DNA from: an uncultured bacterium
GTDB taxonomy: Bacteria; Zixibacteria; MSB-5A5; GN15; FEB-12
NCBI GenBank assembly: GCA_965372795.1
Contig: CBDVDR010000028.1
Coordinates: 1 to 27,453, forward strand
DNA: 27,453 bases
Direction: 5' to 3'
Position 1 is the first letter of the stretch; each line of letters opens with the position of its first letter. A program made the position numbers and the translations under genes. The notes beneath the pieces are model-generated. The model was given only the letters and a program-made list of their open reading frames with translations. It searched no databases and was not told where the DNA came from. Below, piece after piece: positions 7,738 through 17,741 of this stretch.

Positions 7738-9120
7738 CTATCGGGAGATTTTTTTCATCAGGTAAAGGGTTCGCACGGTCTGCTCGACTTTGTCTTTTTT
7801 GACTATCGTGAAATATTTATTAAACTCATTTTCAAAATTTTCAATATCGTAATTTTCAAAAATATCTTCACGGCTTGATAACAACCGCTGAACCTGTGAA
7901 TCAATCTTTGGCACAAATTCGATAATTAAGTTTTGACATATTGTAGAGAAAAACGAAGCAATCATATTCAATGGCAGGTTATTCGATATTGCCAGATGAT
8001 GAATCAATGCCAGTGCCATAATGGTACCTCCGCTTGAACGCTCGGCAAAAGAATTCCGTTCTTTGTTCTCCCACCCTATCGGAGGCGAAGGATTGGTTAG
8101 ATCAAGCAATAATGGCAGGATGTTGGTTTCTTTTTTGTTTTTACATTCCAGATAATTTTTCTCAACTGCTAATGGATCGATATCGAATGAAACGGTCGGG
8201 ATATTATTTTTAGATGCCACTCTGCTGAACAAACCGGTGTTGGCACCAATATCCCAGACATTTGATGGTTTCAGCTCACTCAAGTAATCATCAACAAGCT
8301 TCAATTTGTAACCGAGTGCATCCCGGGAATAATTTGTATCATCATAATAATCACCCCACTCAGTCGACCCATGTTTCCATTGCAATTTATTTATTGTCGA
8401 TTCTAAGTTGTCGATCAAGCCTTTCATCGCCTGAAGGGAAACTTTCCGGCTGATCTTCTTTGATGAACTGCTTTCATATTTTTTTTGACTCTTGGCATGA
8501 AGATGGATATGAGTTAGAATTGAAAACCGAAAATAAGTTGATCTTGGTAGAAGTTTCGACACCATATCAAGCGGTAAACCATCAATGAAAACTCGCAGCA
8601 ACTGTCCCAGCCGAACATCTTTGTAAGACATTAACAATAAAGGTGCAAAAAAATGTTGGCAAAACTGCCGGTAGGCTATCCACGGCTGACCTTCGTTATA
8701 GATATCAAACGACAAGCTGTCAATCAGAAGCGGTCGGCCTTGATGAAATTGTATATTGTAAGCCGATGCATCTTTAAGGGTCATCCCATATTCTAAGGCT
8801 ATCTTTTGAATCTTGATCGTGACCAGAGCGGCATCTTTTAACTGACTGAAACAGAACTCATACGGATAGGCAATAAAATTTATCAGTTCCGGTTCGATTA
8901 TTTTATAGGCTTGGTCGTTATAAGCATTATCTATGCTAATTTCCTGATGCGGGATAATGAGATTTTTTTTAATCAGCTTATCATAAAGTCCTGATTCGAT
9001 TAGTTTGGAATATTCGGTTGTGTATGACTTATTGATTTGTCGCAGAAGACGATTATTTTTTTTATAAATAAAGCCGCTTGGATCACGGAATGAACTGGGC
9101 AGAATTCCCTCTCTGCTCAT
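7738..9120 (-). CDS. class I SAM-dependent methyltransferase with kinase-like N-terminal half
   Basis: SFRDPSG, LKDASAYNIQF, IDSLSF; C-terminal VWDIGANTG, ALALIHHL. Confidence 0.82.
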   Translation of the reverse strand: MSREGILPSSFRDPSGFIYKKNNRLLRQINKSYTTEYSKLIESGLYDKLIKKNLIIPHQEISIDNAYNDQAYKIIEPELINFIAYPYEFCFSQLKDAALVTIKIQKIALEYGMTLKDASAYNIQFHQGRPLLIDSLSFDIYNEGQPWIAYRQFCQHFFAPLLLMSYKDVRLGQLLRVFIDGLPLDMVSKLLPRSTYFRFSILTHIHLHAKSQKKYESSSSKKISRKVSLQAMKGLIDNLESTINKLQWKHGSTEWGDYYDDTNYSRDALGYKLKLVDDYLSELKPSNVWDIGANTGLFSRVASKNNIPTVSFDIDPLAVEKNYLECKNKKETNILPLLLDLTNPSPPIGWENKERNSFAERSSGGTIMALALIHHLAISNNLPLNMIASFFSTICQNLIIEFVPKIDSQVQRLLSSREDIFENYDIENFENEFNKYFTIVKKDKVEQTVRTLYLMKKISR

Positions 9121-9348
9121 TTAGTTCTTTTCCTCATTATCTGAAGGTTTTTTACTGAAGAAACCTTTAACATTTCGCCAATAGGTTTTGAGTACAAAGA
9201 GCGCCCCCAAAAGACCGGCTACAAGCATTTGGATTATATAACTTCCGGTAGAGGGATCAATATAAGCCCAGGCATAGTCGTATAATATTACCAGAATTGC
9301 CATCGTTAGCAGCAGATATTGTTTGAAAAAGGCGTTTAAAAACTTCAT
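9121..9348 (-). CDS. small membrane protein with YIDPxTGS motif
   Basis: AYIDPSTGSYIIQMLVAG; abuts the methyltransferase start. Confidence 0.75.
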   Translation of the reverse strand: MKFLNAFFKQYLLLTMAILVILYDYAWAYIDPSTGSYIIQMLVAGLLGALFVLKTYWRNVKGFFSKKPSDNEEKN

Positions 9349-9470
9349 TAACTTAATACTCTCAATAATTTACTCAATTATGGTAAACATAGCCAAATAT
9401 CTTACTATTGCAAGATTTTTGTTATTATCGGTTAGTTGGGGTCAGACCTGATATATTCTGGATTTTTTTA

Positions 9471-9499
9471 TTGCCGAAACTGGAAAACTAACCTATTAT
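9471..9499 (+). promoter_or_regulatory. sigma70-type promoter of tRNA-Arg
   Basis: TTGCCG-17 nt-TATTAT about 50 nt upstream of the tRNA. Confidence 0.5.
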
Positions 9500-9551
9500 G
9501 ACTCCACATATTTGAGTCACTTACAGTTATTATTAAGTGATTCGGTTATTT

Positions 9552-9625
9552 GCCCCCGTAGCTCATCTGGATAGAGCATCTGCCTTCTAAGCAGAGGGTA
9601 ACAGGTTCGAGTCCTGTCGGGGGTA
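9552..9625 (+). tRNA. tRNA-Arg(UCU)
   Basis: Cloverleaf: GCCCCCG/CGGGGGT, GCTC/GAGC D-stem, TCTGC-CTTCTAA-GCAGA, ACAGG-TTCGAGT-CCTGT; CCA not encoded. Confidence 0.97.
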
Positions 9626-9691
9626 TTTTTTTTATGTTTTACTTTCGTTAAATATGAAAATAAATAATCAATTTAGTTGAATTTATAATGG

Positions 9692-10471
9692 CTATTTTTC
9701 ATTTGCTTTATGAATTTTCAACTCAACTTCATTTACCCCTTTTGGTGATATTCGTACACGATTTTTACCCTTGTCGAATTCTACTAAACGATCTTTGTGA
9801 AGAGGTGAAAGAATTCGAGTTCGAAACATACTAACACTACTATATTCAATCCAAGTTGATAATTCAGAGTCATTTACCCAGCCATACTCATGATGCAAAA
9901 GAAGTAATGCTTGATTACGTTTGGACATTGATGAATCTAAGACTCTCTTTAAATCCCCAACTTCCCAAATTAAAGGATGTTTTCTCTCAACAATAGTATC
10001 TACAACATCTTGGGCTTCTGCAGTTGTAATATTATGAAAAATACGTATAAGCTCAGCAAGTATCCAACTAGACATGCTATATACAGCAGTAGCATCTAAA
10101 TAATTAGGATCAACTTCACCGCCTACATGCCCTACTCCCCTATTATTTCGAATTTCATACAATATTGGTAAAACGCGTGGAATTAGAATTCGAATACTTC
10201 TATCTCCAATGCGATTAGGATCTTTCGGAGTGTTTTCAAGCGTTTGACAAGCTTGTAGCATATTTTGGGGCTTGGATGGTTTTGAAGGAAATTTGCCACT
10301 TAAATAACCATTAATAATTGAATATACAACTTCACATAACTTACCGCCATTGAGTTCAGACGGTTCCCATTTATGGATTGTAAAATTTAAAGCAATTTCA
10401 TTATAGTTTGCTATTAATGGGTCCCGCAGACCATAAGGAAGACCTGCTAGAATTTTTGAAGTTTCAATCAT
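9692..10471 (-). CDS. HEPN/Abi_C-like protein with C-terminal winged helix
   Basis: RNNRGVGH (R-x4-6-H) preceded by helical GKLCE; C-terminal wHTH-like ..ISPKG. Confidence 0.65.
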   Translation of the reverse strand: MIETSKILAGLPYGLRDPLIANYNEIALNFTIHKWEPSELNGGKLCEVVYSIINGYLSGKFPSKPSKPQNMLQACQTLENTPKDPNRIGDRSIRILIPRVLPILYEIRNNRGVGHVGGEVDPNYLDATAVYSMSSWILAELIRIFHNITTAEAQDVVDTIVERKHPLIWEVGDLKRVLDSSMSKRNQALLLLHHEYGWVNDSELSTWIEYSSVSMFRTRILSPLHKDRLVEFDKGKNRVRISPKGVNEVELKIHKANEK

Positions 10472-11028
10472 TATTTGTCTTCACTCAATTCTTTTACCAA
10501 TTGTCCTCCACGTTTAAGTCCAGGTGACGTTAAAGTCCATCCTCTATCCTTTGTACCTGTAAACTCATTTTTTTTATTTCTCAAGTGTTTTGCGTGATTC
10601 TTAGAATCATAAACTCCCGAAGTCTGACAAAGTTTTCTTGCAGACTCATCAGTGAATTTAGCTTCTCCATTCAATAATAATTGAGCAATTCCTGTAAGAA
10701 TATATGCACTATATGTCTTAGCTTTCTTATCTTTCCCAGGGATTTCTGATGCTATAATTGCAACTTCTCCATCATCAAAATGAAAAACTTGTTGTAGTTC
10801 TTCGAATGAGATTTTGTTTTGTTTCATCCAAGTTTGTGTACGAACAGTGAGATTCTTTACCTCATTATTATCTAAACCGCCATCTATATCATCTACGGGA
10901 GGGGTTATCTTAGTTTCACCAAGTAATGTCATTGTAGCTTGCACAACACGCAGCCTTTCTTCAGATTCAAGTGGTGTTAAAATTTCGATTAGTTTACCTA
11001 CAATTTCAGCAACATTAATTTTTGACAT
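10471..11028 (-). CDS. hypothetical protein with C-terminal winged-helix-like region; partner of the HEPN gene
   Basis: 185 aa, GWTLTSPG wing motif; TAATG stop/start overlap with 9692..10471. Confidence 0.7.
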   Translation of the reverse strand: MSKINVAEIVGKLIEILTPLESEERLRVVQATMTLLGETKITPPVDDIDGGLDNNEVKNLTVRTQTWMKQNKISFEELQQVFHFDDGEVAIIASEIPGKDKKAKTYSAYILTGIAQLLLNGEAKFTDESARKLCQTSGVYDSKNHAKHLRNKKNEFTGTKDRGWTLTSPGLKRGGQLVKELSEDK

Positions 11029-11223
11029 AATTATTCCCTATATAATTAATTATTTGTAACCATTGGACTAAACTCATTCTCCATATGTAAGGAATTTCAT
11101 CACTTCGCAAAATTCCATTTAATTAGTACTTCTAACATATATTATTCAAACAATAATGTCTATAACAATCCCGCATAATTATAGATAAGTTAGTTTAATT
11201 TACTAGAAGAATCAAGAAATAAT

Positions 11224-11252
11224 CCCCCCCCTCCCGCGCCTGAAAGAGGGAA
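11224..11252 (-). terminator. possible terminator of the patatin operon
   Basis: Minus strand TCCCTCTTTC..GGGAGGGGGG (GU-rich stem) followed by ATTATTTCTT, about 60 nt after the stop at 11312. Confidence 0.4.
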
Positions 11253-11311
11253 CGAAACAAATGACTTTCTCTAATTTTTTCTATTCACAATCAACCGTTC
11301 ATTTACAACCA

Positions 11312-13642
11312 TCACTTATAAAAATCGACCTGAACAGTTAGTGTTTTTAAATCATCACCGATCTCTCGGGTGTAATCCTCGTCGACTTTCAGAACTCTGG
11401 CAAACCAATCAAATTCATCTTTAGAAGTTCTGTCAATCCGGGCTGCCAAAACTCCTAATATTTCATAAAGACCCAACCTGCTTGCTTCTTTGGGATTATC
11501 AGCCCCGACAATCAATTCTATTTTATCATCAATGTTATTAAGGAAGCCCCTGTCCATCAGCGCCTGATCCAAATATTTTTCCAGACACATTTCTGACTGG
11601 TCACTTGTTCGTGCAAGGACTGTCCACCTGATTTCTTCGGGAGTAAAGTCAGCTACGAATATAAGACTATCATTGAATTCATTTTCCATTAATTGTTTTT
11701 GTGATTCTTTATCTTTACTGTTTACCCACTTGATGCTTGCCGAGCGAAGTAACACCCGCAGATTTTCAATCACAATAGCACGCCTTTTATTTATATCCTG
11801 ATTTCTTATGAGAACCCTCAAATTTTCAAAATCTGTTTCTTCAGTTATGAAAATGCTTGTGAATGTCACATTTTTTTCACTTGAGAATAAAGACGTAAAA
11901 GGTTTCTTAATTAACCCAACAGCCCGTCCTAAAGTCTTATCAATTAAATTTGGTTTCTTTTTTATAAACTCTATAATTGGAATCTTCAAAACAAACTTTT
12001 TTTGTGCAACCGGATTTATATACCAGGGGCGAGTATTTCTAAGTTTCAAAAAATCAGACAGTAAGCCCGAGTTCTCATGAGACATAATTCGGTCAGGGAC
12101 TATTCTCTCAAAGATATTTTCAGCAGTTTCTATAAGAGCCCATTTAATAAAATTTTCCACCCAATTCAATTTTAGTGAATCAGCCTGATAGAAATTACCC
12201 GCATCTTCGTAAACCTTAGCCAGAAGATTTACGACCACAGTGGTTGCATTCGCATTACTCAGGTATTCATCTTGAACCTCAAAATCACCCAACTCAGGAG
12301 TTGATTTATCCATCACGTTATAAGCGATATCAAGTGCCTGTTCTAATTGATAAGTGACCATGGCCACAGACAAACTGTCTTTACTCCCCTGCTTTGAAAT
12401 CAACAGATTCATCGCCAAATTGTAGTGAAATTCAAATTCATCAAATAAATCATTAAAAAACAGCTTATCAATTTTATCATTGGAAATTCTGGCTCCGTAA
12501 GATTCTATCACCGGAACTAAATTCACCGAATCTTGCTGGCGAGAAAGCAATTCCACCCACTCAATAATCACATCCGGATTCACCCTTGGTTGAAGAAACT
12601 CTGAACTCAGCTTGTAATAGTTAAGCGCTTTGGGAAGGTCTCCCTCACGTTTGTAATATCTGGCTAAACCTGAGGTAAATTCGTGAATTGCCAATCGGGG
12701 GTTTAACTTTCCAAAAGAAGTCGCAAGTTCATATTGATCTTCCATCCAGAAACCATAATCATTTATTTGGAAAGAATTAGAATGACATAAACTAACAAGT
12801 TGAGCCAGCCCGTGTCTGGTATCAGTATTAATAATAAGGGAATCATTTTTAAGCCACTCCAAAAAAGTACTATAGGCTCCTGCCCTAGATACAGAGACAA
12901 CCGTCATAATGACAATATCAGGTTCTACAAATGAGCCATCAGGACTTTGCTGCAGAGCCGCCATGCCTAATAAAACGGCTCCATAAGGTTTACCGAGTAC
13001 AATTAAAGTGTCCATATAATTTGGTATATTCGAATTCTCGTCCCAGGAGTCGGATCGTATAACTCCATCTCGGAAATAACTGTTTTCCGGTTCGGAGAGA
13101 TACCAGGTTTTCAAAAATTCCTTGCTTGAATTATTACTGCCTGTTTCTACTCGTTTAGCATAATTCATCTGGTATCGTCTTGCCTGAACTTTATCCTTTT
13201 TCATAGCATCAAGAAATATCTCTTTGGCAGCATCAGGAGAAAACAGACCCCATTCTTCATACAGCAAGGCAATGTTGTTTTCCACTCCGGCAAAGTTTGG
13301 ACTTAGCAATCTGGAATTTGTATAGGCTTTATACGATTTATTCCGATAGTCAGTTGCCAGGTCTGCATCCTTAATAGAATTAGCCTGTTTTTGAAATGCA
13401 AGACCTTTGTAAAATCTAAAGGCAGCCATATAAGTTGTATCATTATTATCATTTGCAGATTTATAGCCAAGTTCACAATTTGCAACCGCAACCTGAAAAC
13501 GACCCTGTTCAATTGCACTTTCAGTCTTAACTAATAGTGTTTTCAAAAAAGAGCCTTTAACAGCTTCGCTTGCAAAAGTATACGTTGATAGAAAAACACA
13601 GAATACTAATAGAAATAATATATTAATGGAAAATGTTTTCAT
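11312..13642 (-). CDS. large exported TPR-repeat protein
   Basis: Signal peptide from MKTF (AGGA RBS); TPR-like motifs FYKGLAF, NNIALLY, LARYYKREGDLPKALNYY, LAKVYEDAGNFYQA. Confidence 0.72.
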   Translation of the reverse strand: MKTFSINILFLLVFCVFLSTYTFASEAVKGSFLKTLLVKTESAIEQGRFQVAVANCELGYKSANDNNDTTYMAAFRFYKGLAFQKQANSIKDADLATDYRNKSYKAYTNSRLLSPNFAGVENNIALLYEEWGLFSPDAAKEIFLDAMKKDKVQARRYQMNYAKRVETGSNNSSKEFLKTWYLSEPENSYFRDGVIRSDSWDENSNIPNYMDTLIVLGKPYGAVLLGMAALQQSPDGSFVEPDIVIMTVVSVSRAGAYSTFLEWLKNDSLIINTDTRHGLAQLVSLCHSNSFQINDYGFWMEDQYELATSFGKLNPRLAIHEFTSGLARYYKREGDLPKALNYYKLSSEFLQPRVNPDVIIEWVELLSRQQDSVNLVPVIESYGARISNDKIDKLFFNDLFDEFEFHYNLAMNLLISKQGSKDSLSVAMVTYQLEQALDIAYNVMDKSTPELGDFEVQDEYLSNANATTVVVNLLAKVYEDAGNFYQADSLKLNWVENFIKWALIETAENIFERIVPDRIMSHENSGLLSDFLKLRNTRPWYINPVAQKKFVLKIPIIEFIKKKPNLIDKTLGRAVGLIKKPFTSLFSSEKNVTFTSIFITEETDFENLRVLIRNQDINKRRAIVIENLRVLLRSASIKWVNSKDKESQKQLMENEFNDSLIFVADFTPEEIRWTVLARTSDQSEMCLEKYLDQALMDRGFLNNIDDKIELIVGADNPKEASRLGLYEILGVLAARIDRTSKDEFDWFARVLKVDEDYTREIGDDLKTLTVQVDFYK

Positions 13643-13652
13643 ATTCATATTC

Positions 13653-14603
13653 CTAAAATCCATTAGTTGAGATGGTTGAATCGATAGGCACCGATGTGAC
13701 ATGAGATTCTACCCGATCGCCAATAGTTATATCCTGCACATAATCGAAAAGATGTACTTCGGTGGAACTTGAATCTCTTTCCTTAAGCAACTTGAAAATC
13801 TGTGAATAATTTGTTACATCATTCACAGCATCGTGGCGTCCGAAGAAAAATATCACAGAGATCATGTTTGAATCTGCCTCAGCGGGATATTGCAAATCTA
13901 TGATTCCAAGCTTTCCTAAATAATCAAATTTAATCTTAACCTTGGTTTTGTTTACATCAGGTTTTATTTTATCATGAGGCAGATTCAAAGTTATTTTTTT
14001 AGTGAGAGTGTCATCATAAACAATCAATGAGTCTGTTAACGAAATATGACTTAGAATTTCAGAGGAGAAATCTCTTTTATAATCTTCCTTGTTAAAACTG
14101 TTTGACACCTTGTTTCGTATTCGTTCTATCAGTTTAAATTCATCACCTAATTCACTCGGCATATTTTCACCGGAATTATACAATCCGACATCCAGTTTAC
14201 TATCAAGGTCATACCGCTGACGATTGAACCAAAAAACAAGTTTAAGCTTTATTGAACAATAATCCGGAAATCCTTGAATGCATGAATCAATTAAATATAA
14301 TTCAAGGAGACAATTATCATCACTACTATCCAAGACGTTGGCAAAAGAATTCCATTCAAGGAAATCAAGTACATGTAAGGCGGTATCGGTTACAATGCTG
14401 TCCCATATATTTGGCACTGAATCAACTAATATTGATAAGTCGTAATCGACCTCTTTATCGAACAGTTGGAGATTGCATTTAATATCAACGGTTGGCATTA
14501 TTGATTCTGAATGGAGCACTGATGATAACCCCAACATCAGAATTATAATGGTAATCAGCCTAATGCGATTCCTGCTCTTTTTCCTAATTTCCGAGGAAAA
14601 CAT
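13653..14603 (-). CDS. hypothetical exported or membrane-anchored protein
   Basis: 316 aa, basic N-terminus plus hydrophobic helix; overlaps the upstream gene by 20 nt. Confidence 0.7.
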   Translation of the reverse strand: MFSSEIRKKSRNRIRLITIIILMLGLSSVLHSESIMPTVDIKCNLQLFDKEVDYDLSILVDSVPNIWDSIVTDTALHVLDFLEWNSFANVLDSSDDNCLLELYLIDSCIQGFPDYCSIKLKLVFWFNRQRYDLDSKLDVGLYNSGENMPSELGDEFKLIERIRNKVSNSFNKEDYKRDFSSEILSHISLTDSLIVYDDTLTKKITLNLPHDKIKPDVNKTKVKIKFDYLGKLGIIDLQYPAEADSNMISVIFFFGRHDAVNDVTNYSQIFKLLKERDSSSTEVHLFDYVQDITIGDRVESHVTSVPIDSTISTNGF

Positions 14604-15669
14604 AATGTATATCCTTATTCTTTATCAGCAATGTTTCTGAATTCTCGATTCTTGGTTCCTGATTTGGGAGCTTTGATGTTAGCACAATAGAAATCTTATC
14701 TCCAATTTCGTAACCTGAACAACCCAACATATAAGGTTCTTCCAGCATCATTTTGATGTTTTCTTTAATATCATTTTTCTTATTCGGATTAGTTTCAATC
14801 ACTTGGGGAGGGAGCTTTTTTATTAATCCACGAGCAGCATCATTTACAATTTCATTTAATTCAATTTTATTAATGGCATATGGTATTAGCGGACTCTCTG
14901 TACCGGTAAACACGATCTGTTTAAATAAATTCATTTTAGTATCAAAAACTGTCTCGCCGCTAATTGATAATGTATATTGCCTCCCGCTGGTATCGTTTAC
15001 AACTGGTAATCGATTAAATAGTTTGTCCGAGGGAACTATACAAACAAGATGAAGTTTTTTCTTTGTAAGATCATCAGGAATATTTAGCTTCACAACCGAC
15101 CCCGATTTCAGATGAAGATTATATGGTTCATACAAAGGTAACAAATCACGCATAACCGTTAAATTAGCTCCGTCACCTTCAGAATTCCATGGGTAAAACC
15201 AGTGGAGAATTCTCTTACCTTCCCTTTTAGTGAGTTCTTTAACTGAAATTGAATCCATATAAAAAGGGGCTGACTCTCTTTTCATTGTAACAAGGAATTC
15301 AGGATTGTCAGCTGAGTTATCATCGTATACCAAATACAACGAACTGACCATCATGTTAGCAAGAAACACTACGATAAAAATAATCATGAATACCCAGGAA
15401 GTTTTCCCCGAGACCATGATATTGTTAATTATATTCTTATTTAATTTCTTATCGCTTTTATCAATCAACCAGGGGATTAATCGCAAAATTGTCAAAATAC
15501 CTACAGTTCCAAAAGCTGTCACATTGCGATTTAGTTCAGTGTAAAGATGATTATTGTAAAATAGTAAGCAGGTTATCGTAACAACAATCAAGGTCAGGAT
15601 ATTCCAGATCAAAGCGAGCTCAAGTTTTTTTGGTTTTTTGATTTCATCCTCAGGTAATTTCTCATTCAT
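14584..15669 (-). CDS. hypothetical membrane protein (3 N-terminal TMs plus extracytoplasmic domain)
   Basis: 361 aa; AAGGAG RBS. Confidence 0.72.
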   Translation of the reverse strand: MNEKLPEDEIKKPKKLELALIWNILTLIVVTITCLLFYNNHLYTELNRNVTAFGTVGILTILRLIPWLIDKSDKKLNKNIINNIMVSGKTSWVFMIIFIVVFLANMMVSSLYLVYDDNSADNPEFLVTMKRESAPFYMDSISVKELTKREGKRILHWFYPWNSEGDGANLTVMRDLLPLYEPYNLHLKSGSVVKLNIPDDLTKKKLHLVCIVPSDKLFNRLPVVNDTSGRQYTLSISGETVFDTKMNLFKQIVFTGTESPLIPYAINKIELNEIVNDAARGLIKKLPPQVIETNPNKKNDIKENIKMMLEEPYMLGCSGYEIGDKISIVLTSKLPNQEPRIENSETLLIKNKDIHYVFLGN

Positions 15670-15707
15670 CAGTTCCAGTCTCCTTTTATGAATGCATTAA
15701 TCAATTT

Positions 15708-16808
15708 TTATAAAAGGCTGCGTATAAAAGGATCGTCTGTATCCAACTCGCCAAACTCCATTGGATTTCCATCTTCAAAGTATTTCTCAGCATCCAGTCT
15801 GCCATTTATAAAATAAGTGTACATTTCTTTAGGATCGAACTCCAAAGAGGCTGACATCGCCCTCGAAGGACTAATCACATACAAGCCGTTTGCCTGATCA
15901 GAAGTGAATGGAAAGACATTATCAAGCAGCTTAAGTAATTTTTGTTTTTGAATAGCATTCAATCCAAAATCATCGGTCAATTGAGTTAACTCTTTTCTTG
16001 CCCGCCCAAGTCTGGAATAAGCTACGCCGCGAAACAGATCGCCACGTTCGACTTCATTCAGAGTAGAATCAAGCACCCACTTCAAAACCGACAGGATATT
16101 GACATCATCAGGTGCTTTTGTTCCACCCCAATCAGTCTCATTAAATTTTGGTTTATGGGTTGAGATCGCCCAGACTTTAGTGGCACCATTTCTATATGCG
16201 TATGTGAGCGGTAAGAACTCTTTAACCCCGCCATCATAAAACAGATCTTTCTCATTCGGATGCCCGGGTTCGTCTTTATAAACCTGAATCGGCTGACAAA
16301 ACACCGGTTCCGATGCTGAGGCAAGCACACCTCTCACATATGTTTCCGGATTTTGATAATCAATCCCTAAATCACCACTGGACATAAATTGTATTTTACC
16401 TGTTCGAGTATTAACCATGGTGACAACGCACAATTTAGCCTTATTGCGAATTAATTCGAGTTTACCATTTTCAATGTAGTAAAGTTTCAAGAGCTGATAG
16501 AGCGGGTCCATATCAGCCTGAACAAGAATAGGAGTGCTAAAAATAAGACTCGCAAGTTTTCCAAACCAGGAATTGTTTAAGATATCGTTATTGGTTACAC
16601 CGACATAGCTGTCACGAAGATCATATCGTTCTCCCAATAGGGCTGGACCGGCGACAAGTGATCCGGTTGAAGTACCAATCGCAAAATCAAACGGAGCTTT
16701 TTCGGCGTCATTTGTCGCTGCATGCTGCCGTACTTTGAGCATATGATAAACAACTCCTGCCGTAAAAGCACCCTTGGCTCCCCCTCCGGATAAAACTAAA
16801 GTTTCCAT
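15708..16808 (-). CDS. patatin-like phospholipase
   Basis: LVLSGGGAKG, GTSTG nucleophile, ASAS, DGG catalytic Asp; no signal peptide. Confidence 0.93.
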   Translation of the reverse strand: METLVLSGGGAKGAFTAGVVYHMLKVRQHAATNDAEKAPFDFAIGTSTGSLVAGPALLGERYDLRDSYVGVTNNDILNNSWFGKLASLIFSTPILVQADMDPLYQLLKLYYIENGKLELIRNKAKLCVVTMVNTRTGKIQFMSSGDLGIDYQNPETYVRGVLASASEPVFCQPIQVYKDEPGHPNEKDLFYDGGVKEFLPLTYAYRNGATKVWAISTHKPKFNETDWGGTKAPDDVNILSVLKWVLDSTLNEVERGDLFRGVAYSRLGRARKELTQLTDDFGLNAIQKQKLLKLLDNVFPFTSDQANGLYVISPSRAMSASLEFDPKEMYTYFINGRLDAEKYFEDGNPMEFGELDTDDPFIRSLL

Positions 16809-16828
16809 AATTTTATTCCTTCCGTTTG

Positions 16829-17269
16829 TTACTGAATACCAATTTGGATAGCATGATTAAAACCGCATTTTATTAATTCGGCTTTTTTAGCGTCTTGCAG
16901 GGTGATGGTTAAATCCGATAATCGAAGCTCCGCATCGGCATGTTCATCCTGATATCTGGTCCAAAGATCAATGGGTGCTGTACTCTCTTGTAACTTTTGT
17001 TCAATACAATCAACGGTTGCACAGTTATTAATATCATCATTCAGAATCACAAAATTTTCAAGGCGATCCCGTTGTAAACTCGTATCAGTCGGAGTTTGGA
17101 CCCACAGCCGAACGGCATCGGTGTGATTAAGACAATACTGGCGCTCGACAACAAGAGGTATGCGATTCTCATCCTGACAACAAAACTTCGTCCCTCCGTT
17201 ACAACCAATTATGAAAACGGCTAAGAGAGCTATCAGATACAGCCGTTTAAACTGTATTAATTCTCTCAT
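16829..17269 (-). CDS. cysteine-rich lipoprotein
   Basis: GGAGG RBS before ATG 17269 (MRELIQ); lipobox IIGC; several additional Cys. Confidence 0.7.
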   Translation of the reverse strand: MRELIQFKRLYLIALLAVFIIGCNGGTKFCCQDENRIPLVVERQYCLNHTDAVRLWVQTPTDTSLQRDRLENFVILNDDINNCATVDCIEQKLQESTAPIDLWTRYQDEHADAELRLSDLTITLQDAKKAELIKCGFNHAIQIGIQ

Positions 17270-17319
17270 ATAAGACCTCCATTTAAAATGATTAATAGTT
17301 ACCATTAAATGAAATTGAT

Positions 17320-17741
17320 TTATTTGGGTGCTCTTATAATTGGTCCCTTGTGAGATGGATTAGCGGAACCACTCCCGAATTTGTCTACTCCTAAAAATAC
17401 CCACCAGAACCTTATTAAAAACATCCCATCTTCTCGACCCATCTTTTTAAGCAATCTATCTGCAGGTTTTCGGAATTTATCCACATCCAACTGCCCATCC
17501 CGCATCAATTGATAGAGAGCATCATGCACCAATGATCCTCGCAAAAAATATCTTTTGTATCAATTGTTGGTCCGGAAGGACCATCCCAGGCATAACCCTT
17601 TTTTATTGTTAAATGACCTGCAACTGTTAACCTAACATAAATATTTTGATTAGTATCTTCTTCTGGAATAATATCAATAGTTGTTACATAATTTTCATCA
17701 AGCTGATATTTGTACCCTTTCTTATAAGTAATATATTCCAT
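17320..17741 (-). pseudogene. DUF1353-like protein split by a frameshift near 17543-17550
   Basis: MEYITYKKGYKYQL..GYAWDGPSGPTIDTK continues in another frame as RGSLVHDALYQLMR..ADR; junction GAT-A-TTTTTT-G-CGA. Confidence 0.75.

Noticed and set aside
11215..11245. Possible degenerate tRNA 3' end/attR (AATCCCCCCCCTCCCGCGCC)
   Set aside because: It does not match the tRNA-Arg 3' end at 9601-9625 and is better explained as a minus-strand terminator.
15708..16808. CBASS CapV assignment for the patatin
   Set aside because: No CD-NTase, Cap2 or Cap3 motifs in the neighbouring ORFs.
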